Below, in pieces: positions 34,633-44,000 of a stretch of DNA of 64,000 nt. Positions within the stretch are counted from its first letter, which is position 1. Each line of letters begins with the position of its first letter. A model generated the notes under the pieces. It made no database searches. It saw nothing but the letters and a program-made list of their open reading frames with translations, and had not been told where the DNA came from. Location: IMG/VR virus record IMGVR_UViG_3300027747_004417; one strand, written 5' to 3'. Both the position numbers and the translations under genes were made by a program. Origin of the DNA: a virus.

Positions 34633-35055
34633 TCAGCTTAGAGTAAAGTTTAAAGTAATACCTATAGACCCGCCACCGCTTGGTAGGGCGTATGGAGCTT
34701 CTGTGAACCTTTCTATCCATAAAAGTTCAGTTCCATCATAGTTTGTAACATAGTAACCGTATATTGTTGCTGCTTGTTCTATATCAAAGGTTTGCTCCGA
34801 ATAAGACCCAGAGGTTACTCCGTCAACGGTCGAAACCGACCAACTGGCGCCAGTCAAAGTTTTTGTGCTATATCCTGTTGCACTGCATTCTGTCACATCC
34901 CCTATGACAGTAGTAGCAGTAGGCACTAAGTTGTTGACAAAAAGCTTTAGCTTTCTATCCCCGTTTGATGCTGGGGAGCTTCCGTCCGTAGTTGCTTTGT
35001 TCAGCATAATTTCAAGCATTAAAACTTTTGATTCATTTGTTACTATTAAAGACAT
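34633..35055 (-). CDS. Putative virion structural protein
   Basis: Beta-rich with LKLFVNN..P, IYGYYV and LLWIERF motifs, located in the neck cluster. Confidence 0.55.
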   Translation of the reverse strand: MSLIVTNESKVLMLEIMLNKATTDGSSPASNGDRKLKLFVNNLVPTATTVIGDVTECSATGYSTKTLTGASWSVSTVDGVTSGSYSEQTFDIEQAATIYGYYVTNYDGTELLWIERFTEAPYALPSGGGSIGITLNFTLS

Positions 35056-35082
35056 ATTAACCTCTTTTTTCTTGTTCTAAAG

Positions 35083-35088
35083 TATATA
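35083..35088. promoter_or_regulatory. TATATA candidate bidirectional promoter
   Basis: Lies in the 38-bp gap between divergent genes starting at 35055 (-) and 35094 (+). Confidence 0.3.
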
Positions 35089-35093
35089 TTATT

Positions 35094-35714
35094 ATGCCTC
35101 TCTATAATAAAGATGGAACCGTTTACAAGCTGGATGGACCAAATCCGGCTATGAAGGACCAAGAAATTTGGAGTGAATACACAGTTCATAATATGAACTG
35201 GAAGTCCGAAGTTCATAAGGATCAAAGACCTAAGGTTCAACTTCCACAAAAGAAAGAAATAAAAACCCAAAGCGAGTCTTTTGTAGATGACTTAGAATCC
35301 ACCAAATCAGAAGAGCTAAAAACCCAGGAGGTTGAACCGGTTGCCTCACCTCCCCAACAGGTTGATCAGCCTGTCACGACTACAAGTTCTAAGTATGAAT
35401 CAATTAGTGATGATGTAATAACAAAGACTTTTATTCATTGTTTGCCTGCAATTATTGTAGAGAAAAAAGATTCTTTGTATGGCGATGTTTCATCTCGTAT
35501 TCAATACAAGAGCAAAACCTCATTTGAAGCTGTTATAATTAATCAAAATGATATGTCTATAGAAATGTGGGCAGAAGTTGTTTTTGAAAAAGGATCCATT
35601 TTGTACCCAAAAAATGGAGACAAGAGGTGGTGGAAGATACAAAATCACTATCCCAAGTTAGGGGGACATGTAATGCAAGCTGTCCCGTCTCAAGATCAAC
35701 CTTATTTCGAGTAA
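35094..35714 (+). CDS. Hypothetical protein sharing its N-terminus with the gp14-like neck protein
   Basis: MPLYNKDGTVYKLDG versus MGLLNKDGTPYKLQG. Confidence 0.55.
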   Translation: MPLYNKDGTVYKLDGPNPAMKDQEIWSEYTVHNMNWKSEVHKDQRPKVQLPQKKEIKTQSESFVDDLESTKSEELKTQEVEPVASPPQQVDQPVTTTSSKYESISDDVITKTFIHCLPAIIVEKKDSLYGDVSSRIQYKSKTSFEAVIINQNDMSIEMWAEVVFEKGSILYPKNGDKRWWKIQNHYPKLGGHVMQAVPSQDQPYFE

Positions 35715-35716
35715 TA

Positions 35717-35977
35717 CTACTTGGAAGATCTTACATTAGCAACTAGTCCTATTTTTTCTAGTTGTTCTCTATGATCCCGCACAGCCTTCATGTAAGCAGA
35801 CTCGTATAGATCTGCTACCATCTTTAAGAAGTCTGTTGTATCTTTTTCTGTTGCAAGGGACACAGCCACTCTCTCTATTATTTGTTCATTTTCTTGATAT
35901 TTTTCTTGCATTATTTCGAACATAACTTTTTTTATGTGAAAAACTTGAGATTTACTGAAATAATTAGTCCAACTCAT
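35717..35977 (-). CDS. Hypothetical protein
   Basis: Last gene of the minus-strand actin operon. Confidence 0.55.
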   Translation of the reverse strand: MSWTNYFSKSQVFHIKKVMFEIMQEKYQENEQIIERVAVSLATEKDTTDFLKMVADLYESAYMKAVRDHREQLEKIGLVANVRSSK

Positions 35978-36905
35978 CTATTATTTTTTTCATCCTTTTT
36001 ATTGCACTCTCAACTTTCATTATAAACTCTGGGCTTTCTTTTTTAATTACAGCGTCATGCAACAGCTTGTCCAGAGTCTCTTTAGCCATATTCCTTCTTT
36101 TTTCCGATTTAAATGCATCTCTAGCTTCTTCATCTGTAAGGTCTTTGTGATTAAGAATGTCAACAAATCTCATTGGCTTTGGCCCACTCTCTAGACGGGC
36201 AAGGCTTTTGTTCTCATTTTCTGGTATTGGCTTTACTGCATCATATATCTCCTCCGGCAAAGCTAATTCTTGGCCGTCTAAATCGGATTCTTTGCTTTCT
36301 CCTCCATTGTCAAACCGCGAAGGATCAGGAGAATCCCCAGCAGGAGTTAGGTCATTATAAGGTTCTTTTTTATTGTCTTCTTTCTCCTCTGCACCATCAG
36401 GCTTTGGTGGTGGCTGCGATTCTGCTGCTGGAGTTGCACTAGAGTCAGCCCCACCATCACAGCTTTGAGCGAATATATTGAAAAGTTTTTTCTTTAGTTC
36501 TTCTGCTGCTGCTCTTATAACTCTGACTATCTTTAGTTTTTCTGTGTTTGGGTCTATGTTTTCTACAAGATGCTCTGTGCTTTCTATAGCGTTTTTTATT
36601 TCTTTGAAATCATGTAATGTAAAAACTCTGGGGTCATATGACTCTGATTGGGATCCTAGCTCATCTCCAAATCTATTTTGCCAATAATTAGGATTGCTTT
36701 GATTATACCTTCCGTGCCACAGATTAGACAGTGATCCCTTTAGCCTGTCCCAAAGACCACGCTGATATTTTTGATCGATTGAAGGCGTGACAATCTTTTC
36801 TTTGATCAGATCGTTTACCCATTGGTCAACAACCTGTGCTATTGCTGCCTTGACTCTTTGTTCTATATTGGCATTTTCTTTGTACATTTTGCTCCTAATG
36901 GTCAC
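35964..36905 (-). CDS. Hypothetical protein with helical domains and an acidic Pro-rich linker
   Basis: Long ORF overlapping both neighbours. Confidence 0.55.
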   Translation of the reverse strand: MTIRSKMYKENANIEQRVKAAIAQVVDQWVNDLIKEKIVTPSIDQKYQRGLWDRLKGSLSNLWHGRYNQSNPNYWQNRFGDELGSQSESYDPRVFTLHDFKEIKNAIESTEHLVENIDPNTEKLKIVRVIRAAAEELKKKLFNIFAQSCDGGADSSATPAAESQPPPKPDGAEEKEDNKKEPYNDLTPAGDSPDPSRFDNGGESKESDLDGQELALPEEIYDAVKPIPENENKSLARLESGPKPMRFVDILNHKDLTDEEARDAFKSEKRRNMAKETLDKLLHDAVIKKESPEFIMKVESAIKRMKKIIDELD

Positions 36906-37356
36906 TCACATACTCACCTATTTTTTTAAGCGACATAAGGCATGAATCAAACCTGTGGAAATCACTAGATATATAATCTAGGGCCAAATCATCAAATTTG
37001 TCTTTTGTTTCTTGGCTGTTGTCAACTTCAAAATAAATGCTTTTTCCTTTTTTGCCTATTACCTTATACTTATGCATTAAGATGTAGGCTGCAGCACCAA
37101 GATCTGTTACGAACTTGTTGCCTTTTGCTTCAAAGTTGTATTCTCCTATTTTCTTAAGAGACATTATGCATGAATCAAATCTATGATATTCACTTGACAA
37201 ATAGTCCAGGTTTAATTGGTCAAACTCTTCTGGAGTCTGTTTTTCGTTTAGTGAAAAATATATGTCTTTGCCTTTTCTTCCTATGACCTTGAATCTGTGC
37301 ATCAAGATGTAGGCAGCCGCACCTAGATCGCTTACGCTTTTATGCTTTCTGTTCAT
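36895..37356 (-). CDS. Tandem two-domain protein (DUF5659-like)
   Basis: Near-identical internal duplication: DLGAAAYILMH.xKVIG.KGK.IYF...DY.SS..HRFDSC.MSLKKIGEY occurs twice. Confidence 0.6.
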   Translation of the reverse strand: MNRKHKSVSDLGAAAYILMHRFKVIGRKGKDIYFSLNEKQTPEEFDQLNLDYLSSEYHRFDSCIMSLKKIGEYNFEAKGNKFVTDLGAAAYILMHKYKVIGKKGKSIYFEVDNSQETKDKFDDLALDYISSDFHRFDSCLMSLKKIGEYVSDH

Positions 37357-37376
37357 TCTTTCTAATATTTCTCCTT

Positions 37377-37426
37377 ATTTCATTTCTTTTCATTTCTTTT
37401 CATTTCTTTTCATTTCTTTTCATTTC
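37377..37426 (-). repeat. Five tandem 10-bp direct repeats GAAATGAAAA
   Basis: Four perfect copies plus one with a single mismatch, running from the actin-like stop codon to the next RBS. Confidence 0.9.
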
Positions 37427-38424
37427 GCTGCTTCTGCCGCGACCAAGCATCCCCTAGCAACTGAGTATAAGGGGTCAGATGGTCTAATGATGTTACCAAC
37501 CTTAATTGGTAGTTCTGTTTCATTAATTATTTCTTTAAACATATCTGAAAAGCCGTTTGGAGAAGATGTTCCGCCTGCTATCACGACGTCAACTGGTGCA
37601 TCCGTTCTTACGGTTTTTGAAATGTCAGCAAATCCTTTTTTGATTCCACCGGCTGTGTGTTCTATCATTAATCTATATTGGGTTCCAATGGCCCTTTCTA
37701 CCAATGAAGAGGGTGGCTTTGTAAGATCAATTTTTGTTTTTTCTACGTTTATGTACGCTATTGTTTCGCCTGTTGCTTTTGCGGCCTGGCGATCTATCCA
37801 GTCACCAGAATTTACTATTGAGAAAGAAAACACTGGGTTTCCGTACATGGCATAGCAAACGTTGACCATACCAGCCCCACAGCTTACTCCTATACCTGTG
37901 AACGCTTTGCTGGCTAGCTCTGCGTACACTAAAGCAAGAGCTTCGTTGATGGGATAGGCATTCACTTTGTACCCAGTCTCACTCTTGTATGCTTTAAATA
38001 TAGCTTCTAGTATTCTTTGATGATAGTCAGCATCTGTGTCTTGATTAATTGCATTGGCTGGTACGCTGTAATAAAGTGAGTCACCATCTTTTTTGATGTC
38101 TTCCATCAAACTATGCATCATCACTGACATTATTTGAAATGCATCTTTTTCTTTTGGATTTACGCAACCGTGAATCATTGGCCTTTTTAATTCGATCTGA
38201 CTCATGGTGTAAGCCATGTTGACAGCGGCTTCTCCTAGTGCATAAGCTACGTTGTTTCTCTCGATCAACGGCACACCGGCACTTTTCATCATATTGAATA
38301 CGAATCTATTCTCTAGTGGTATTTCTAAAAATGCATTTACTTCTCTTTTGTAGGAAAAGTTGTTATCCTCTCCCCTTGTGCAGCAAACCAAATTGTAGGT
38401 ACCACAGTCAAAACCAATAGGCAT
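37420..38424 (-). CDS. Actin-like ATPase (ParM/MreB/Alp superfamily)
   Basis: Phosphate-1 IGFDCGTYN, connect-1 INEALA, phosphate-2 GVSCGAGMVN, adenosine VIAGGTS and connect-2 DPLYSVARG. Confidence 0.85.
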   Translation of the reverse strand: MPIGFDCGTYNLVCCTRGEDNNFSYKREVNAFLEIPLENRFVFNMMKSAGVPLIERNNVAYALGEAAVNMAYTMSQIELKRPMIHGCVNPKEKDAFQIMSVMMHSLMEDIKKDGDSLYYSVPANAINQDTDADYHQRILEAIFKAYKSETGYKVNAYPINEALALVYAELASKAFTGIGVSCGAGMVNVCYAMYGNPVFSFSIVNSGDWIDRQAAKATGETIAYINVEKTKIDLTKPPSSLVERAIGTQYRLMIEHTAGGIKKGFADISKTVRTDAPVDVVIAGGTSSPNGFSDMFKEIINETELPIKVGNIIRPSDPLYSVARGCLVAAEAAK

Positions 38425-38667
38425 TTAAACCTCCTTCTTTCCAAAGTTTATTTTAGGGGCTTCTTCAAAATCAGGAATGGCCCATTCAAATTTTTCTTTT
38501 GATTCCTGGGACTTAACTTTGACCTCTTCGTTTAACTGAAGGGACCGTACGCCCGAAGGCAATCCTTCCGAATTGACGTTTATGTTAAGATCAATGGTCA
38601 AAGAGACCTGAATTTCGCCTTCTTTAGTCACTACCTTAACGGACCCTGGTTTAATTAATGAAGCCAC
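38425..38667 (-). CDS. 80-aa protein coupled to the actin-like gene
   Basis: GTG start with an AAGGGAG RBS. Its stop directly abuts the actin ATG. Confidence 0.6.
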   Translation of the reverse strand: MASLIKPGSVKVVTKEGEIQVSLTIDLNINVNSEGLPSGVRSLQLNEEVKVKSQESKEKFEWAIPDFEEAPKINFGKKEV

Positions 38668-38733
38668 TGTTCTCCCTTATTATTTTAATATAGTTAGTAT
38701 CTAACCATACTTTTTTGCCAAGGAAAACGGACG

Positions 38734-39303
38734 TTAGCTTTTGGGGCTGTTTAATACAGAAAGTATTATTTGTACGGTGGAATTTGTTCCACTTTCATTG
38801 CTAAATTCTAATTTGCTTATGCTAACGTCTCCTAGATTAAATTGTTGTATGCTTCCTTGCTCTAGGTCGAATACGGCATTGCTTATATTGTTCATTCTAA
38901 CTTTTACAGGTCCGCTCGAAGCAAAGTTGTTTATTTGGACGAACCCAGCCGCACCTCCATTATCACCGTATATGTCAACAATGTTTTCCTCAAATGAGGA
39001 TCCGTCTTCTACTGATAGTGTGTAAACCCTGGGGGAGTTGTTTTCTTCCTTAATTGTGCTGTAAACTGACCCGTCGTCCGATACCACCTCTATAAACGCA
39101 TCCTGCTCAGACATTTGAGGGTAGGCAAATTGCTTCCAGTAATTGCAGTCTGTAAACACATCGCCGTCTTTAAGTTGCCTTCTTATTCCTCTAGGCCCCT
39201 GAACATATATGGATCTTTGAATGGAAGGTTCTAGCTCGACTCCTCCAAACACATCTAGCCCGCCTCTATACGTGTTGTTTAATTTTACTCTAAATGTGCT
39301 CAT
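38734..39303 (-). CDS. Hypothetical beta-rich protein, possibly structural
   Basis: 189-aa ORF preceded by a TATATA motif at 39308. Confidence 0.55.
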   Translation of the reverse strand: MSTFRVKLNNTYRGGLDVFGGVELEPSIQRSIYVQGPRGIRRQLKDGDVFTDCNYWKQFAYPQMSEQDAFIEVVSDDGSVYSTIKEENNSPRVYTLSVEDGSSFEENIVDIYGDNGGAAGFVQINNFASSGPVKVRMNNISNAVFDLEQGSIQQFNLGDVSISKLEFSNESGTNSTVQIILSVLNSPKS

Positions 39304-39417
39304 GTCTTATATATTATGTTAATTGACCAAATATTTTGTTTTTTAGTCAAATTTTACCTAATTGCATTCTATAATAAAATCATATATAGGATATAAGCAC
39401 AACACTCAATTAAAATT

Positions 39418-39573
39418 ATGTCAGATAATTCAAATCAAGCTTTGGTTGGCACGGATGCTATCAAGGCCTTTCTGGAGCAGTTTGATTCACTAGATGGTGA
39501 AATTAAAAGAATTGTTGTAGAAGAACTTCTTTTGTGCCTGCTCGGTGGAGATAAAGATGCTGGCTCTAATTGA
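39418..39573 (+). CDS. 51-aa hypothetical protein (absent from the track)
   Basis: MSDNSNQALVGTDAIKAFLEQFDSLDGEIKRIVVEELLLCLLGGDKDAGSN overlaps the next gene start. Confidence 0.45.
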   Translation: MSDNSNQALVGTDAIKAFLEQFDSLDGEIKRIVVEELLLCLLGGDKDAGSN

Positions 39574-39907
39574 CACTTACATATATCTTGCAAAAAGAGA
39601 CAAAAAAGGCATCAAAATACTAACCACCTTTATGTCTCAAAACCACATACCAGAAAGAATAAAGGACCTCTCAATTATACCTTTAGATCCCACGGTTTAT
39701 CAAAAGGTATCACAGATGATTTATGACGAGAGATTGAACTGGGAGCCTTGGATAGAGTCCGCAGCTACTTACGATGATTTAAAGGCTAAGTTAAAAAAGA
39801 GAGGATACACAGGTATCCCACTTAGCTCACAACCAGAGATCTATACAGAGAATATTGTTATCAACACTCTGGTCAATAAAAAAGTTATGATACAAAAACC
39901 TAGTTGA
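39557..39907 (+). CDS. Hypothetical protein
   Basis: GGAG RBS before the ATG at 39557. Confidence 0.55.
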   Translation: MLALIDTYIYLAKRDKKGIKILTTFMSQNHIPERIKDLSIIPLDPTVYQKVSQMIYDERLNWEPWIESAATYDDLKAKLKKRGYTGIPLSSQPEIYTENIVINTLVNKKVMIQKPS

Positions 39908-40181
39908 TGTTTATATAAGACTTGCTTACTTTAAAACTTCCTTTTTTAGTTTTTATAGTTAGCATATCTTGATCTTCTTCTAAAATTGTTCCACCATTTC
40001 TGTGGAATTCAATTATGGCTTTTTCGTTATCCAAAGCCTCACTAACGACCCGCAGCTTCTTGAAAGAAACTTTAGAAGTCACTGTAGCTCCTATTGTGCT
40101 TTCGAGCTTGGGCGGCGTGGAGTCTTGCATCCACTTTTTAAATTCATTTACATTAAATATACTAAATGGGTCTCGTTTCAT
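39900..40181 (-). CDS. Hypothetical protein
   Basis: 4-bp overlap with the upstream Maf-like gene. Confidence 0.55.
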   Translation of the reverse strand: MKRDPFSIFNVNEFKKWMQDSTPPKLESTIGATVTSKVSFKKLRVVSEALDNEKAIIEFHRNGGTILEEDQDMLTIKTKKGSFKVSKSYININ

Positions 40182-41023
40182 TTTTCAAAAAAATCTCGTA
40201 TGTCCGACTGCTCTATATAAGCAGCAGATTTATAGATTAAACCATCAGAAAAACTTCCTGCTTTAACGTCTCTGTACTTGTCGCTTAGTAACCAAAAAAG
40301 GTTTGTGTCTATTGTTTCTTGTGCTCTCAACTGTTGAGGGTAAGTCCATAGACCATTTTCTAGGCGAACCGATCCTGGCCTTTCTTCTTGAAAAGATTCA
40401 TCGCAAAACATCAAAAGCAGTTTTTCTACGCCAAATTTATAGGCCAAGCCTATAGATGCACATATTGGGTTCCTATAGTCATCTATAGACCAAATTGCTT
40501 CCTTTTGTCCCGAACCCTTGTAATACTTTTCGCTAACTGGATTGTATTTCAACACTGTTCCATTGTAGTTCTTTAAAAAGTTATGATTAGCTCTACATGA
40601 AGCTATACAACGCGGCAGCATTTTTTTTCTAGGAAGGTCTGATAAGGAGTCCTCGTAAGGATTATTGGTTAAATAAAAGGACATGCTTCTTTCACACGAC
40701 CATTTTTTTAGACTACCATTAACTCCAATTATTGTTGCATCAATGCCTTTAATATTTTCTATTATTTCTTGATGCTTTTCTTTAAATTTATATCCATCTG
40801 ATATTATTATTACGTTCGGTAGATAAAAGTTTTCTGTATCTACCCATGAGTACCTTTTCATGTTGTTTTCAAATTCATTGTTTATGAATAAAAAATGGTC
40901 CTCATTATTTATTGTGTTGTTGATATCTAACAACGGGACATTCTCAATGGTAAAGTTTCTTACCCACACACCACCGGGTGTCATTAAATATTGATTTCCG
41001 TTTGGATATTTTTTGATCTTCAT
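40178..41023 (-). CDS. Maf/DUF115-like (MptE-like fold) putative protein glycosyltransferase
   Basis: VIIISDG, IIGVNGSL, FYLTNNP and SIGLAYKFGVEKLLLMFCD match the Maf-type pattern (I..G.G / I.VN / A..LG...I.L.G.D). Confidence 0.55.
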   Translation of the reverse strand: MKIKKYPNGNQYLMTPGGVWVRNFTIENVPLLDINNTINNEDHFLFINNEFENNMKRYSWVDTENFYLPNVIIISDGYKFKEKHQEIIENIKGIDATIIGVNGSLKKWSCERSMSFYLTNNPYEDSLSDLPRKKMLPRCIASCRANHNFLKNYNGTVLKYNPVSEKYYKGSGQKEAIWSIDDYRNPICASIGLAYKFGVEKLLLMFCDESFQEERPGSVRLENGLWTYPQQLRAQETIDTNLFWLLSDKYRDVKAGSFSDGLIYKSAAYIEQSDIRDFFEK

Positions 41024-41030
41024 AAAGGGC

Positions 41031-44000
41031 CTATTTACCTGGGCATGGAACTATGGCAACGCATTGTGCATCACCATTTTCGCCTGTTATTCTTCCTATA
41101 TCCAGATTAATTTTTACGTCTATAGGAGCTCCTTTATAAACTAGTTCGATTTCAGGCTTTTCTGGTAGAACTAATTTAATTTCTGACGGTGCACCGACTA
41201 ATTCTATCGTAGATGGAATGCCAACAACCTGAATTCGATCTGGTATAGAAGTTGCATCAATTTTTATGTCAGGGAATGATTCCGGTGCTATTATCGGTAT
41301 AGAACTGGGAAGGTTTTTAAAGTCTACCTCTATTGAGCTTGGTAGATTAGTTGCTATAAAATCTACGGATATAACGCTTGGTATATCTGCTACCATCCTT
41401 ATTTCTGAAGGGAAGTCCTTAGGAGATATAATGTTTATATCAGGTATCTCAGGGGCTACCACTTTTATCATAGCTGGAACATCGTGTACAACTCTTATAT
41501 CCGGCACTTCTGGGAACTTGACTAATATCTGTGAGGGTATATTAAATTCTCCTACATTCACTTCTATCGCGTCTGGCCCCGAATCTTCTACGTTTTCAAG
41601 TGCCCTAAAAGGAGATCCCCCAGGTGGACAAACTATTGTTACCGTACACTCGCATTGAGGTGGGTTGCCCCATATTACTGGAATTCCTGGCGGTGTACCG
41701 AACGATACACTTATAGGATCAATTGTAATGCGTGTTGGGAAAGTTAGTGGGTCAACAGTAATGTGTGTTGGGAAAGTCAGCGGATCAACATTAATGCGTG
41801 TTGGGAAAGTCAGCGGATCAACATTAATGTGTGTTGGGAAAGTCAGCGGATCAACATTAATGCGTGTTGAGAAAGTTAGTGGGTCAACAGTAATGTGTGT
41901 TGGGAAAGTTAGTGGGTCAACAGTAATGTGTGTTGGGAAAGTCAGCGGATCAACTGATATGTGTGTTGGGAAAGTCAGCGGATCAACTGATATGTGTGTT
42001 GGGAAAGTCAGCGGATCAACTGATATGTGTGTTGGGAAAGTTAGCGGATCAACTGATATGTGTATTGGGAAAGTCAGCGGATCAACTGATATGTGTGTTG
42101 GGAAAGTCAGCGGATCAACTGATATGTGTGTTGGGAAAGTTAGCGGATCAACTGATATGTGTATTGGGAAAGTCAGCGGATCAACATTAATGCGTGTTGG
42201 GAAAGTTAGTGGGTCAACAGTAATGTGTGTTGGGAAAGTCAGCGGATCAACATTAATGCGTGTTGGGAAAGTTAGTGGGTCAACAGTAATGTGTGTTGGG
42301 AAAGTCAGCGGATCAACTGATATGTGTGTTGGGAAAGTCAGCGGATCAACTGATATGTGTGTTGGGAAAGTTAGTGGGTCAACAGTAATGTGTGTTGGGA
42401 AAGTCAGCGGATCAACTGATATGTGTGTTGGGAAAGTTAGCGGATCAACTGATATGTGTATTGGGAAAGTTAGTGGATCAACTTTTATGTTGGGGAAAGT
42501 TAGTGGATCAACTTTTATGTTGGGGAAAGTTAGTGGATCAACTTTTATGTTGGGGAAAGTTAGTGGATCAACTTTTATGTTGGGGAAAGTTAGTGGGTCA
42601 ACTTTTATGTTGGGGAAAGTTAGTGGATCAACTTTTATGTTGGGGAAAGTTAGTGGATCAACAGTAATGTGTGTTGGGAAAGTTAGTGGGTCAACAGTAA
42701 TGTTTGTTGGGAAAGTTAGTGGGTCAACAGTAATGTTTGTTGGGAAAGTTAGTGGATCAACAGTAATGTTTGTTGGGAAAGTTAGTGGGTCAACAGTAAT
42801 GTTTGTTGGGAAAGTTAGTGGGTCAACAGTAATGTTTGTTGGGAAAGTTAGTGGGTCGATTGATATATGTGTTGGGAATGTTAGTGGATCGATTGTTATA
42901 TGTGTTGGAAACGTCAACGGATCAATTGTAATATGTGTTGGAAAAGTTAGTGGGTCAATTGTTATATGTGTTGGGAAAGTTAGTGGATCGATTGTTATGT
43001 TTAGTGGATCGATTGTTATATTGGTTGGAAAAGTCAACGGATCAACTGTGATGTGAGTTGGGAAAGTTAACGAATCTACATGTATGTTTGGTATTGGACC
43101 GAAAGTTATGCTTGGAATATTAGGTATTGGCCCAAACTCTACCATTGTTGGAAAACAAATTTGAACGTCAACATAAACGTTTGGCACTGGGCCAAACTCA
43201 ATTAACGGATTAATTAAAGGTATAGGCCCGAATTCAACGTATGAGTTTATTGTAGGGACCGGCCCGAATTCGACCAAAGTTCCAAAAGACGGCACTGGGC
43301 CGAATTCTATTATTGTGGGTATAGGAGGATCTACAACTATTATTGATGGTATCTCTATAGGTCCTATAGGTCCTATGTCTAAACAGGGGAAAACTATAGG
43401 AGGTATTACAGGCGGTTCCACCGTTGGTATAGTAGGAATGGCTAATGCTGGTATTTTAGGTATCTGAGGTATGCTTAATTCAAATGTAGTATTTGTACTT
43501 GAAGGAGCTGGGTCTTTAGGTGAGTCCCTAGAAACTGGAGTTAGTACCAACTGGCACTTATCATTACTCAGTGTTAGAACAGGGTCTATCGTAGAGTTTG
43601 TTGCGTAAACGTGAGTCCCAGCTGTAGAATTAGCGGTGGACTGTCCATCTCCAAAATCTAGTCTGTAGCTTGTAAAACTGCCTTGTATTGATATGCTATA
43701 CTGGGCTGTTGTGCCCAAAGCGTCAGAGCTAACTATATAAAAGTCAAAAACCACGTCAGGACAGGTATAATCATCAAACAGGACAGGTATGCTTTCAAGA
43801 TGCCTAATTCTCCAGTCTAGTGTTTCCTTGTCTTCATCAAAATTAACTCCTATAAATTTTTCTGCATTTATTATGGCATCAGCGATTTGATTGTGATGCT
43901 CGGCAATAACAAACCCTCTGATCTCCGTACCAACAGGATTGTCTTTGGTTTTTTTTCCCCCTAAGTTCCTGCAACAACGCTTAAATTTTCTTACTTTTCC

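Noticed and set aside
37420-38424. PhuZ tubulin / phage-nucleus system
   Set aside because: The protein has actin-fold motifs, not the tubulin GGGTGSG signature, and no shell-like gene was recognised.
41665-43056. 463-aa plus-strand ORF (and 41930, 42392 ORFs)
   Set aside because: These are antisense shadows of the repeat, which happens to lack stops. The minus frame is continuous with PKD-containing sequence.
41716-43079. CRISPR array interpretation of the 33-bp repeats
   Set aside because: The units are contiguous with no unique spacers, preserve the reading frame within a gene, and no cas genes are present.
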